Origin: Octopus bimaculoides
Taxonomy: Eukaryota
DNA length: 33,147 nucleotides
NCBI RefSeq assembly: GCF_001194135.2
Contig: NC_069005.1
Location: forward strand, 25,129,345-25,162,491
Reading direction: 5' to 3'
The position numbers were made by a program, and so were the translations under genes. Position 1 is the first letter of the stretch; every line of letters begins with the position of its first letter. Below the pieces are notes generated by a model. It was not told the origin of the DNA. It made no database searches and saw nothing but the letters and a program-made list of their open reading frames with translations. Shown in pieces: positions 1 to 11,180 of this stretch.

Positions 1-58
1 TATATACATGTGTACATAGATATATACATACATATATATGTGTGTGTGTGAAATATAT

Positions 59-96
<38 letters not shown>

Positions 97-706
97 TCCT
101 CTTCATTCTCATCATCATCTTGTTAAAAGATGATGATGATGAAGATGAAGACACACACGCACACATTTTCATGCTTGCACATGTGCAGCGATAATGCAGA
201 GCTAATATTTGCATTTGTGATAAAGGTAAAAACCGTAGTAATGGGGCGTAAAAACAAAACAAGAAAAAAACAAAGACAAAAGAAAACAAAAATAAAACAA
301 AACAAAAAAAATTATACCATTGCCACAAATATTGAAAATATTTACTCAGTGACGTTTCTGATCCGAATGATCACCCATAGTATTTCTCTCACACAGACTA
401 ACACTCCTTACAAATATGCATATACATACATACATACATACATACATACATACAAACATACATACATATACATACAAACATATACATAAGTACAGACACA
501 TACGCATATGTGCGTGTATATATGTAGATATTAGTAAGTTATTAGCAGAGTGTTTATTCTGCTTCACAGCTTTGTGTGAAACTAGGAAAACCTCTTTCTT
601 TGTTGATATTCTCTTAATAATTCTGAGCAGTTCATAAAAATGAAATGAGCCGCTACTTGTTGGTTTTTAATACCGTAGATCTTTTGCTTCCTTTTGCTTT
701 ATTAAA

Positions 707-753
<47 letters not shown>

Positions 754-1080
754 NNNNNNNNNNNNNNNNNNNNNNNNNNNNNNNNNNNNNNNNNNNNNNN
801 NNNNNNNNNNNNNNNNNNNNNNNNNNNNNNNNNNNNNNNNNNNNNNNNNNNNNNNNNNNNNNNNNNNNNNNNNNNNNNNNNNNNNNNNNNNNNNNNNNNN
901 NNNNNNNNNNNNNNNNNNNNNNNNNNNNNNNNNNNNNNNNNNNNNNNNNNNNNNNNNNNNNNNNNNNNNNNNNNNNNNNNNNNNNNNNNNNNNNNNNNNN
1001 NNNNNNNNNNNNNNNNNNNNNNNNNNNNNNNNNNNNNNNNNNNNNNNNNNNNNNNNNNNNNNNNNNNNNNNNNNNNNNNN

Positions 1081-1113
<33 letters not shown>

Positions 1114-1134
1114 GTGTGTTTGTGTGTGTGTGTG

Positions 1135-1166
<32 letters not shown>

Positions 1167-2628
1167 AAATTGATATAGACCACAGTGTGCAATATTTTAC
1201 CAAAAAGGAAAACCATAATTGTCACTAGATATGACTAGGGTGTTAGAAACACCTACATTGCTAGAAATAAGAGCTAAAATACTCTGATGCTGTAGTCAAA
1301 GCACATAATTGTGTACATATATACTGACAGGGTCTATAATCGTCGGGTAACACACACACATACACACACACGCACGGACACACACAGATATATATACATA
1401 CATACATAGACGGTGGTTGACTACTCCTGATACAGAGTTTGACTACCTCCTGTACCTACACCTTAGCACCATTATGGCATCTGATGTGGCTTTTTAAACC
1501 AGACAATGTTCTGAAAAGACACCCACATAGATTGCATCTCTAATTTGGACCACCAAGAGCTGCAGATAAATACAGAAATATATCTATCATGGGCCATCGA
1601 AATGCACGTAGCTTTTCAAACTGGATGACCTCGTAAAATGATAAAATAATTATAGGAACATTGATTAAACAAAAAATAATGAGAAGAACAGACAATTATT
1701 TATAAATAAATGTACACACTTTGTGCAAATGGTGAGAGAAATATAAACCAGTTTACGAAAGTTATATATAGCATGAATCATAAAATGTTCTTAATAACAT
1801 CTCTTTGATATTACATTATCATTTGGAAATCTTGGTTGAACGTGTGTGTCTTTTAAATTTTTTTAAAAATATGAAATTAAATTAAGAGTATTTAAAATGC
1901 TAAATTATATTAAAAATCCAAAATTAATTCTCCTGATTAGTTTTGGTGGTTTAAATGTTTGCATCCGATTTACGTTAACATTTCGTTACGAAATTTTTAA
2001 ATTTTTATTTTGCTTAATCTTTGAAGTTTATTAAAATAATAGTTTCTGATATCATTTTGCTAATTATTAATTGTTGGAATTTACTGTTTTTATTTATACA
2101 ACATAAATCAAATTTAGAAGACATATATACAACAGATACAAAACCACCTTTACACATACACGTATGTGTATGTGTATACCAACACACAATCATTCAAATA
2201 CACGCATATATAAGTGTATACGTATATATATGTATGTGCATATATATGTATATCGTATATATGTATAATACGTATATATTTTAATAATATTTATACAAGC
2301 ATTCACGCATACTTATACATACATATATGCAATCATATATAAGCTTATGTTGAAGATTACACTGGAACACTGTATGCTATACACACACACACACACACAC
2401 ACANNNNNNNNNNNNNNNNNNNNNNNNNNNNNNNNNNNNNNNNNNNNNNNNNNNNNNNNNNNNNNNNNNNNNNNNNNTATATATGCTCACGGTGGTGCAC
2501 CAGCATGACCGCAGCCACTTGGCTGAAACACATAAATAAATAAATAAATAAATAAATATATATATATATATATACATATATACATATATGTATATATACA
2601 TACATACACACACATACACACATATGTG

Positions 2629-3049
2629 CAGGGTGCGATGAGTAAATTGTCGCTATTTATATTTATAATTTTTGTCGGCTACACAGTATAGTAGGGTCCG
2701 TTGGGCTCCGTCTGTGAAAAAACAACACCATGACGCAATTCACTCTGCCAGAAATTTGGAAACGACATGTTGTACTGCTTGGTATTCGTGCTGGAAGCTC
2801 CAATACGAACATTTCAGAGTGTTTGAGTGTCAAACCGGAGACAACGCATGTACCAAGAGTGGTAAAAATCAAACATCGAGTCAGCATCATGGTGTTTGTA
2901 GTGATCACTAGTTATGACGAAGTTATGCATCCATTCATCTTCTCACACGGCTTTAGACTCAACACGGAAGCCTACATCATGTGCTTGGAGGAAGTAGTGC
3001 TGCCCTGGGTCAAGAGAGTGGCTGCTGGAAGACCCTATGTCTGGCAACA
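2629..3049 (+). mobile_element. Internally deleted Tc1/mariner (maT/rosa-like) transposon fragment
   Basis: Begins with TIR-like cagggtgcgatgagtaaattgtc. The ORF carries N-terminal KRHVVLLGIRAGSSNTNISECL fused to catalytic-region VKIKHRVSIMVFVVITSYDEVMHPFIFSHGFRLNTEAYIMCLEEVVLPWVKRVAAGRPYVWQQ. It is truncated just before the second catalytic Asp (QQD) by a SINE tail. Confidence 0.8.
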
Positions 3050-3180
3050 AACCGATAGACTAAGAACTAGGCTTACAAAGAATAAGTCCTAGGGACGATT
3101 TGTTCGACTAAAGGTAGTGCTCCAGCATGGCCGTAGTCAAATGACTGAAACAAGTAGAAGAATAAAAGAATAAAAGAATA
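3050..3180 (+). mobile_element. 3' tail of the microsatellite-carrying SINE
   Basis: accgatagactaagaactaggcttacaaagaataagtcc...gctccagcatggccgtagtcaaatgactgaaacaagtagaagaataaaagaataaaagaa is the reverse complement of the 9095 and 12180 tails. Confidence 0.7.
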
Positions 3181-3257
3181 TATATATATGTATACATACA
3201 TGTGTGTTTGTGTGTGATATAAATATGCATAAGCATATATTTATATACTCATACATA

Positions 3258-3289
<32 letters not shown>

Positions 3290-4590
3290 CATATATATTC
3301 CATATATGTATACATATGATCTTGCGCACATATGTATGTATTCATTCCAGAATATATAAATCGGTATCTATGCAATTAAAAACACCTCGAAATCAATATT
3401 TTTCACTCTCTGTAGAGGGGATACTAGCAGACATTTAGAATACTAGCAGATATCCCAAATTGAACCAAAATATTGATAAGACAATGGAACAGGTGATGAT
3501 GCATAAGTTGACTACTGTTCGTTTTCGTCAATTGTAGAAACATGGGAATAAATCCTTTTCGCATTGCTCTAAACATTACAATATATTCAGTGTTTGATAT
3601 TTGTGTGAAAGAAACGTTTCAGGAAATGCCAAGAAGACATTTTGAAGAAGTTGTGTTAATTATTTTAACCAGGAATGAATCGTATGAGGATTAACGTGTG
3701 AGCTAAATTAATATTGATTGGAACACCCACAAATTGAAACCGGTTGACAAATAAATTTGTGAGGTTTCGCCTCCACTTCTCAGAAAAAGATCTAGAAACT
3801 GGCGTAAAGTTAACTCCAAAAGGACCCAGTTTCTTGACAGCAAAATTGTGCGTAGTTTTTAGTTCAGGACCCAGAGTATACAAAGATAAGTGAAAAATGG
3901 CAAGATGTGGAAGAAAAAAATTCGGAATGTGAAATGGAATTTTANNNNNNNNNNNNNNNNNNNNNNNNNNNNNNNNNNNNNNNNNNNNNNNNNNNNNNNN
4001 NNNNNNNNNNNNNNNNNNNNNNNNNNNNNNNNNNNNNNNNNNNNNNNNNNNNNNNNNNNNNNNNNNNNNNNNNNNNNNNNNNNNNNNNNNNNNNNNNNNN
4101 NNNNNNNNNNNNNNNNNNNNNNNNNNNNNNNNNNNNNNNNNNNNNNNNNNNNNNNNNNNNNNNNNNNNNNNNNNNNNNNNNNNNNNNNNNNNNNNNNNNN
4201 NNNNNNNNNNNNNNNNNNNNNNNNNNNNNNNNNNNNNNNNNNNNNNNNNNNNNNNNNNNNNNNNNNNNNNNNNNNNNNNNNNNNNNNNNNNNNNNNNNNN
4301 NNNNNNNNNNNNNNNNNNNNNNNNNNNNNNNNNNNNNNNNNNNNNNNNNNNNNNNNNNNNNNNNNNNNNNNNNNNNNNNNNNNNNNNNNNNNNNNNNNNN
4401 NNNNNNNNNNNNNNNNNNNNNNNNNNNNNNNNNNNNNNNNNNNNNNNNNNNNNNNNNNNNNNNNNNNNNNNNNNNNNNNNNNNNNNNNNNNNNNNNNNNN
4501 NNNNNNNNNNNNNNNNNNNNNNNNNNNNNNNNNNNNNNNNNNNNNNNNNNNNNNNNNNNNNNNNNNNNNNNNNNNNNNNNNNNNNNNNNN

Positions 4591-4645
<55 letters not shown>

Positions 4646-4675
4646 CACATCCGTACACACACACACATATGCCAC

Positions 4676-4790
4676 GGGATTCTTTCAGGTTCCGTGTAGC
4701 AGAGCCACTAAAAAGGCTTTGGTCGTTCCGAGACTATAGTAGGAGGCACCCCACCTAGGTGTTACGTAGTGGAATTGAACCCAGAACCAT
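4676..4790 (-). mobile_element. 5'/middle fragment of the microsatellite-carrying SINE
   Basis: gggattctttcaggttccgt...gaacccagaaccatg aligns with 9332-9428 and is adjacent to a (CA)n tract at 4591-4670. Confidence 0.65.
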
Positions 4791-4794
4791 GTTA

Positions 4795-5579
4795 TAATAA
4801 AACACATCAAATAGCAATAAATATCTATCAAATTTAAGGCATAAAACGTCAATTGGGGAGATAATATCTGTAGATAAGGAAAAGGAAACATATATAATGA
4901 AAGTGTGATTAGCTAGTAGAGGGAAAATAAAAACGCTCAAGAATATAAGGAAAAAACCACATCACTTAACGTAACGAGGAAACTTGGTTGACTGAGGTAC
5001 TATCCAAAGCAAAGAAATATATACTGTGTATCACGTGACAAAATGGCGCCGACCACGTGGTCACAAATGTCAGACTGGCGTTTAGAACTAAAACACGTGA
5101 AATACGAGACAGCATGGCGTGGAAGGAGAAAAAGGAAGAAAAACTAAGAAGAAATGATGATAAGGTAAGTGCGTAGACCTGGAATCAAACAATATTATGC
5201 TGCTATGTAAAAAAGTAGAAGAAAAAAAAGTGAAATAAGTGATGGGAGCAAACATGTAAAAGTAATTAAGGGTACGTAAAAATATACAATAACTAAAAAT
5301 GACAAAAATGAAGGGAGGTAGTATTACGGTGGACTTATAAAGCGTCTCCAAGTAGAAAGTTAATATTATCTCGAGCCAAATGTAATCAAGACCTACGTAT
5401 TAGCAAGACTAATTACTGCTGAGGGTTTATAACAATAAGTATAAAAAGACTAAGGTTAGTGTATATATATATTAGCAGAGTATTAAACACCAGGCTATCG
5501 CAACTCACTACCTGGACTTATACCCTATTACGAGGTCGTAACTAAGCAGATATTACAATAGAGTTGTGTGAACAATTAT
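4795..5579 (-). mobile_element. Probable 3' non-coding/pseudo-LTR region of the Penelope-like element
   Basis: Lies directly downstream of the GIY-YIG remnant. It shares weak, colinear motifs with the repeat at 10975-11180 (ttaacgt..cgag at about 4966; aaaatggcgccgaccacgtggtcac versus aaaaatcgccaacgatccacatgtggttac). Boundaries are uncertain. Confidence 0.4.
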
Positions 5580-6058
5580 CTAAACTTATTATATAAAAAG
5601 TTGAGTTTATGTCTGCATTTAATTTTTCGTTCATCTTGGGAGTTTATTAATTTTTTATTATTAGTGAATAGTATCTCCTTAAACTCGTTAGTGCATAAAG
5701 AGCAGAATTTACTGCCTGTTTGGTAAGATTTAGCCTTACAAATTATTTCCCATTTTAAATTGTATTTTATTCTTTCGATTTAAGATCCCATATGTATTTG
5801 CTGAGGCCAGTGGAATTAATTAAGTTGCTAGTCTTAAAAGAGTGCATATGTTGGGCCACTCGAGATTTTATTTTATTAGAGGTTGAGCCGATGTAAATCG
5901 TGTTTAAACTGTGTCTATTCTTCTTATTATAATCATTAGGAGTAACTACACATTGATATACCACATTCTCGAAATTACATTTATTGTTAAATTTGCATTT
6001 AGTTTTGTCTCTGCATGCACAGTTAGTTATTTGCTGGTCCGTATTATTACTATTATTA
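5580..6058 (-). mobile_element. Penelope-like element (probably Neptune-type), C-terminal Cys-rich linker and GIY-YIG endonuclease remnant
   Basis: TNCACRDKTKCKFNNKCNFENVVYQCVV...IYIGSTSNKIKSRVAQHMHSF...STGLSKYIWDLKSKE, then after a frameshift KYNLKWEIICKAKSYQTGSKFCSLCTNEFKEIL...LINSQDE and, after another, KCRHK. This is typical of a PLE GIY-YIG C-terminus. Confidence 0.88.
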
Positions 6059-6077
6059 TTATTTGGAGTGTAGCTTG

Positions 6078-6127
<50 letters not shown>

Positions 6128-7349
6128 NNNNNNNNNNNNNNNNNNNNNNNNNNNNNNNNNNNNNNNNNNNNNNNNNNNNNNNNNNNNNNNNNNNNNNNNN
6201 NNNNNNNNNNNNNNNNNNNNNNNNNNNNNNNNNNNNNNNNNNNNNNNNNNNNNNNNNNNNNNNNNNNNNNNNNNNNNNNNNNNNNNNNNNNNNNNNNNNN
6301 NNNNNNNNNNNNNNNNNNNNNNNNNNNNNNNNNNNNNNNNNNNNNNNNNNNNNNNNNNNNNNNNNNNNNNNNNNNNNNNNNNNNNNNNNNNNNNNNNNNN
6401 NNNNNNNNNNNNNNNNNNNNNNNNNNNNNNNNNNNNNNNNNNNNNNNNNNNNNNNNNNNNNNNNNNNNNNNNNNNNNNNNNNNNNNNNNNNNNNNNNNNN
6501 NNNNNNNNNNNNNNNNNNNNNNNNNNNNNNNNNNNNNNNNNNNNNNNNNNATATATATATATATATAAACTCTTCGCCTTGAGAACTAAATTGAATATAC
6601 TTCGCTGAAGAGGTCTAATAACATCAACACATACTTGCATTTGCATGCTGGGTTTTAAAATTGCATCGCATCTAATCTGATCTGTCTTGTCTATTTTTCG
6701 CAAAATATTTCAGAAACTAATTATTTTATATTTCACATGGTTGTTTTTCTGTTATAAAAACACTTAGTGCGGAGGAAAATCTTTCAAACAAGTTTCTTGG
6801 ATAAACACAGTTAGTTGACATTTTCCAACTTCCTATGTTATATAAATGAAACACTTCTTACGTGCTACAAGATAATCCTGTAAGGCTATGACGAACAGTA
6901 TATCAGAGGATATAAATTATCATGGAAGCGGTAACGATTGTGATATAAAATATTATATGAGGGGCGTTTAGATGTTCGGACGAAGACGCAGAGAAGATAA
7001 AAAACATGGCGTGAGTTGAACCATATACCAACCGCTTACCAACGTACCTTGATATCAATTACACTAAATATGTATGAATTTCATCACACGCAAATACACA
7101 GGAATGCATTACACAAACACACTCAAATTCACATATATATGTAAGCGTGACAATCAAAAACATCAAGTAGCTTGCATTTGATGAACTGAAATCAATTCAT
7201 TTTAAAAGTACCGTGCTTATTTATGAATATTGGTTAACATGTTTCCGTTAGCAGCTTGTTTTCTTGTGTAAGCACAAACAGATCTCTGAGCATAACGGTG
7301 TTTACATAAAGAAACAGCCTGCTAGTTGTATGATCAGAATTGAAATATG

Positions 7350-7429
<80 letters not shown>

Positions 7430-7554
7430 GTGTCGTTTGATGTGTGTCTAGTCTCGAAATTCTATGCCCTTCAGTATCTCCTATCGTATCTTCAACAAAA
7501 ACGAAAATACTCTGCTCAACATATATACAATACAAACATATATGCTATACGTAG

Positions 7555-7555
<1 letters not shown>

Positions 7556-7628
<73 letters not shown>
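7556..7628. repeat. (CTAT)n tetranucleotide repeat; similar (CTAT)n-(CTGT)n tract at about 32208-32285
   Basis: Directly visible. Confidence 0.9.
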
Positions 7629-7637
7629 GCATAAGTT

Positions 7638-7752
7638 GACGAGCTGGCAGAATCGCGAGCACAGCGGACAAAATATTTTGCAGCATTTCGCCCTTCTTTA
7701 CGATTTGAGTTCTAATCCTGCCGACGTCGATCTTGCCTTTCATCCTTTCGGG
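7638..7752 (+). mobile_element. Same SINE family, diverged 5' portion
   Basis: gacgagctggcagaatcgcgagcac...gagttctaatcctgccgacgtcgatcttgcctttcatcctttcggg is the reverse complement of the head of the 14430-14644 copy. Confidence 0.75.
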
Positions 7753-7931
7753 ATGTATGTATGGATGTATGTATAAATGTATGTATGTGTGTATGTATGT
7801 ATGTATATATACATGTATACATGTATGTATGCATGTAAGTACTTATGTGTATGTGTATATATATATATATAAATGTGTGTGTATAGATGTATATATATAG
7901 TTACTTTGTGTGTGTGAGTGTGTGTGTGTGT

Positions 7932-7969
<38 letters not shown>

Positions 7970-9094
7970 CCTTCAAAATAGATAACGCAATATAGACTTC
8001 ACAAAAATACTTTCACTTTGAACAACTTATGAAGTTAGGCGCATGATTAAAAAATATTTGTACCGGCAGTGTACTGACTAGAACCTAGTAATCTTTATTT
8101 CTAAGATGAATTCAAGGCCACACAACGAGTTCAGTGTTCAATAAAATTGATCTCAGCATAAACTCGTAGTTATTTTTCGATCCAGAGAGGATTAGTTGTA
8201 AAATTGTCCTAAGTGGGACATGGAGTAACAACGTGCGCAATCAAACGGCATGAGATTTGTCCGAGATTTTCTCGAGATCTGTCTGCTATACTTCTATCAA
8301 TAATAACTAGCTGGACTCATAGAAATGTCCACAGTTTATAAATATTCTTATTTCCATGTTGATACATAATTTTAAAGATGATCATAACGTGGTTCAACTG
8401 TGTTTTGCATTTCGTTCGAAACTCTTTTCGTTGTGTTAGAAATTTCGTCTAAACGATCAAATTTATTCCGTATCTGGGTTTGTTTAGAGTATAAAATTCG
8501 ACCTCATTAACACCGTAATGAGCAGAGTAACACATAGTCACAAAGTCATAAAAGTTGGGTGAAGCGTGCAGCAAATTAACTAGTATTAATGACCTGCGGG
8601 GACACCGTATTTCATTATGCAACCATAATATACAATAAAGTATATTAAATGTGTTTATAAGTCAACACCATGTTCTACAGTGTTAGCAGTGCTATGACAT
8701 CACTTGTTAAGGTTATCTGAACGGATTTTCTATAGTGTCTGACTGCTACTTTATTTCATCTTGAGAATGTGTGAAACCAAATGATTATGGAACTGGGATT
8801 CGGATCATAAACTGTAAGTTCAATTCTAGGTAGGCAGACAGGCGCGTCTTGTCCTTGGCCAAGGCACTTTACCTTTGTTCCATTCCTGTCGGTTAGTAAA
8901 AAATATGTATAGAGAATGACAGATTGCCTGATAAGCATGACGTCAGCACAACAGCATTAATGTGTCAGTAATACAACGAAAACTATCAAATATGAAGAGA
9001 TACGCCCAGTCGTAGGCTGCTGTTTTATCTATTTTAATATTTATACTCCGAAAAAAAAAAAATAAAACTCAGCCTCCGTATCCCCTCCCCCACA

Positions 9095-9472
9095 TTCTTT
9101 TTAATCTTTTACTTGTTTCAGTCATTTGACTGCGGCATTGCTAGGATACTACTTTGAAGGTTTTTAGAGGTCTAACAAATCGTCTCCCTAGTACTTACTC
9201 TATCGGTCTCTTTTGCCGAAGTGCTACTTTACGGGGACGTAAACACACCGACACCGGTTTTCAAGTTGTGGTGGGGGATAAACACATGCACACACATGCA
9301 CACGCATACACACACATATATATATACACGACGGACTTCTTTCAGTTTCCGTCTATCAAATCCACTCACAAAGCTACAGTAGACACTTTCCCAAGGTGCC
9401 ATATAGTGGGACCGAACCCAGAACCATGTGGTTGGGAAGCAAGCTTCTTATCACACAGCCATGCCTACGCCT
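9095..9472 (-). mobile_element. tRNA-headed SINE carrying an internal (CA)/(TA) microsatellite, near full length
   Basis: Minus-strand head aggcgtaggcatggctgtgtgataagaagcttgcttcccaaccacatggttctgggttcggtcccac (B-box-like), body, internal cacacatgcacacgcatacacacatatatata, and tail ...gtcaaatgactgaaacaagtaaaaga. Partial homologues are at 3050, 4676, 12180 and 32573. Confidence 0.75.
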
Positions 9473-10073
9473 TTGTGAACTTAAATACATATATATATAT
9501 TTTTCCCAAAGTTCCTACTGGTCCTGTCAAGTTAAATCACACCACGCATGCGTAAAACAAAATTTATAATACATTCGCCACATTTCGAGACAGTAATATG
9601 ATTAATTTGAAATTCCCTCCAAAATCGATTAATTAGGTTATTTATTTTGCAATTTCTGTTATTAATCGGTAGATTAAGAATTTAATTAAATAATTAATTA
9701 TACACTCGTATGCTGGAAATATCAAATTAAATGTGGATATTTTGTTGGTTCAAACTACACTTGTTTCACACGAGGACAAAGAAAATCAATGCTTGATAAC
9801 AATTATCTGCTATGGAGCAGGGATTTAACATTTAGGAACTTAATTTAATGCACTCTCAACCTTTCTTTCCTTTTTTCCTTCTTCCTTCTTTCCTTTCTTT
9901 CGTTCTCGTTCTCTCTCTTTCTCTCCCTCTCTCTAACTCTTTCTCTCCTACACCCATTTCTCTTACGCTCTATCAGTGTCTTAATATTTCCTCCTGTATC
10001 ACGCTCACACATATACCCAAACATATATGCAAAATATATACGGTCGCAATCTAATGACCGAAACACACACACA

Positions 10074-10284
10074 TGAGAGGGTGCTAAAAGTTTCCTGGCT
10101 TTACGGGTATTTCGAAAGGCCTGGATAGAGGCACAACCTTCAAAGTTCTTTTACAGGGCTTAGAAAAACTAAAGGACCGCTGTTATGAGTGTGTGAATCT
10201 GAGAAGGGAATATGTTGAATAAATTCACTAAGCCGCCTATATTTTTTTTTAACCAAAAGCCTGGAACTTTTCAGCACCTCTTCG
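10074..10284 (+). mobile_element. Mariner-derived MITE (211 bp)
   Basis: Imperfect TIRs of about 30 bp: tgagagggtgctaaaagtttcctggcttt and aaagcctggaacttttcagcacctcttcg. Right flank is TA, left flank CA (mutated TA). The interior encodes a mariner-like C-terminus LQGLEKLKDRCYECVNLRREYVE*. Confidence 0.85.
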
Positions 10285-10285
10285 T

Positions 10286-10326
<41 letters not shown>

Positions 10327-10515
10327 ACACTGCTAGACAGGTTTTAGGTCCATTAGGGTCATAGTTACATTCAAGACCTATTAATCTAGATGCAACTTCG
10401 ATGTCTCCGAGACGAAACATGCTACAACCTTCAAAAAGGAAATTGTATAATGACAGTCAACCTTGAAATGCGTCGAGTAGTTTTTTTGTTTATTTGCAAG
10501 TATTTTTGCTGCAAG

Positions 10516-10516
<1 letters not shown>

Positions 10517-10563
<47 letters not shown>

Positions 10564-10583
10564 GCTACTGCTGCTGCTGCTGT

Positions 10584-10622
<39 letters not shown>
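10517..10622. repeat. (ACT)n-(GCT)n microsatellite
   Basis: Directly visible. Confidence 0.9.
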
Positions 10623-10921
10623 ACCTGTTGCCGGTGCTGCTTCTATAGGTACATACAAATATATCCATATGTATTTGGATGTATTGGATGCATATATGTA
10701 TGTCTGTAAGTACGTATGCATGTGTGTATGTATATATNNNNNNNNNNNNNNNNNNNNNNNNNNNNNNNNNNNNNNNNNNNNNNNNNNNNNNNNNNNNNNN
10801 NNNNNNNNNNNNNNNNNNNNNNNNNNNNNNNNNNNNNNNNNNNNNNNNNNNNNNNNNNNNNNNNNNNNNNNNNNNNNNNNNNNNNNNNNNNNNNNNNNNN
10901 NNNNNNNNNNNNNNNNNNNNN

Positions 10922-10958
<37 letters not shown>

Positions 10959-10974
10959 TTAATCACAGAAAAAA

Positions 10975-11180
10975 CTACAACGCGACGACATGCTACATGT
11001 AAAGTATTAACAGAGGCTCAGGGAAGGAAAGGAAGATGGTTTAACGTTTCGAGTAAAGTTTGTCAGAAACAGGTGACGGTGGAAAGTCCAAGAGTTCTTC
11101 GTCAGAAAGAGGAGACGGAGGTAAGTCCAAGAGAAAAGGAAAACGGAGTTAAAAAATCGCCAACGATCCACATGTGGTTA
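10975..11180 (-). repeat. Non-coding repeat, probably a solo PLE pseudo-LTR or retrozyme-like element, with hammerhead-like remnants
   Basis: Minus strand reads gttt-CTGACAA-actttactc-GAAAC-GT-T-aaac (11070-11038) plus a second CTGACGAAGA (11105-11096). Flanked by (TA)n and (AT/AC)n tracts. Confidence 0.45.

Noticed and set aside
645-1225. Long ORFs spanning N-runs (also at 3665-4758, 6059-6703, 10381-11279, 12675-13664, 13830-14331, 18847-19761, 26364-27128, 28781-29565)
   Set aside because: Their length comes from untranslatable N codons plus microsatellite-encoded HT/YI/CV/poly-N runs; they are not genes.
3421-3450. Two atactagcaga words 19 bp apart resembling reverse-complement Helitron 3' ends
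   Set aside because: No adjacent GC-rich hairpin; probably a tiny tandem duplication.
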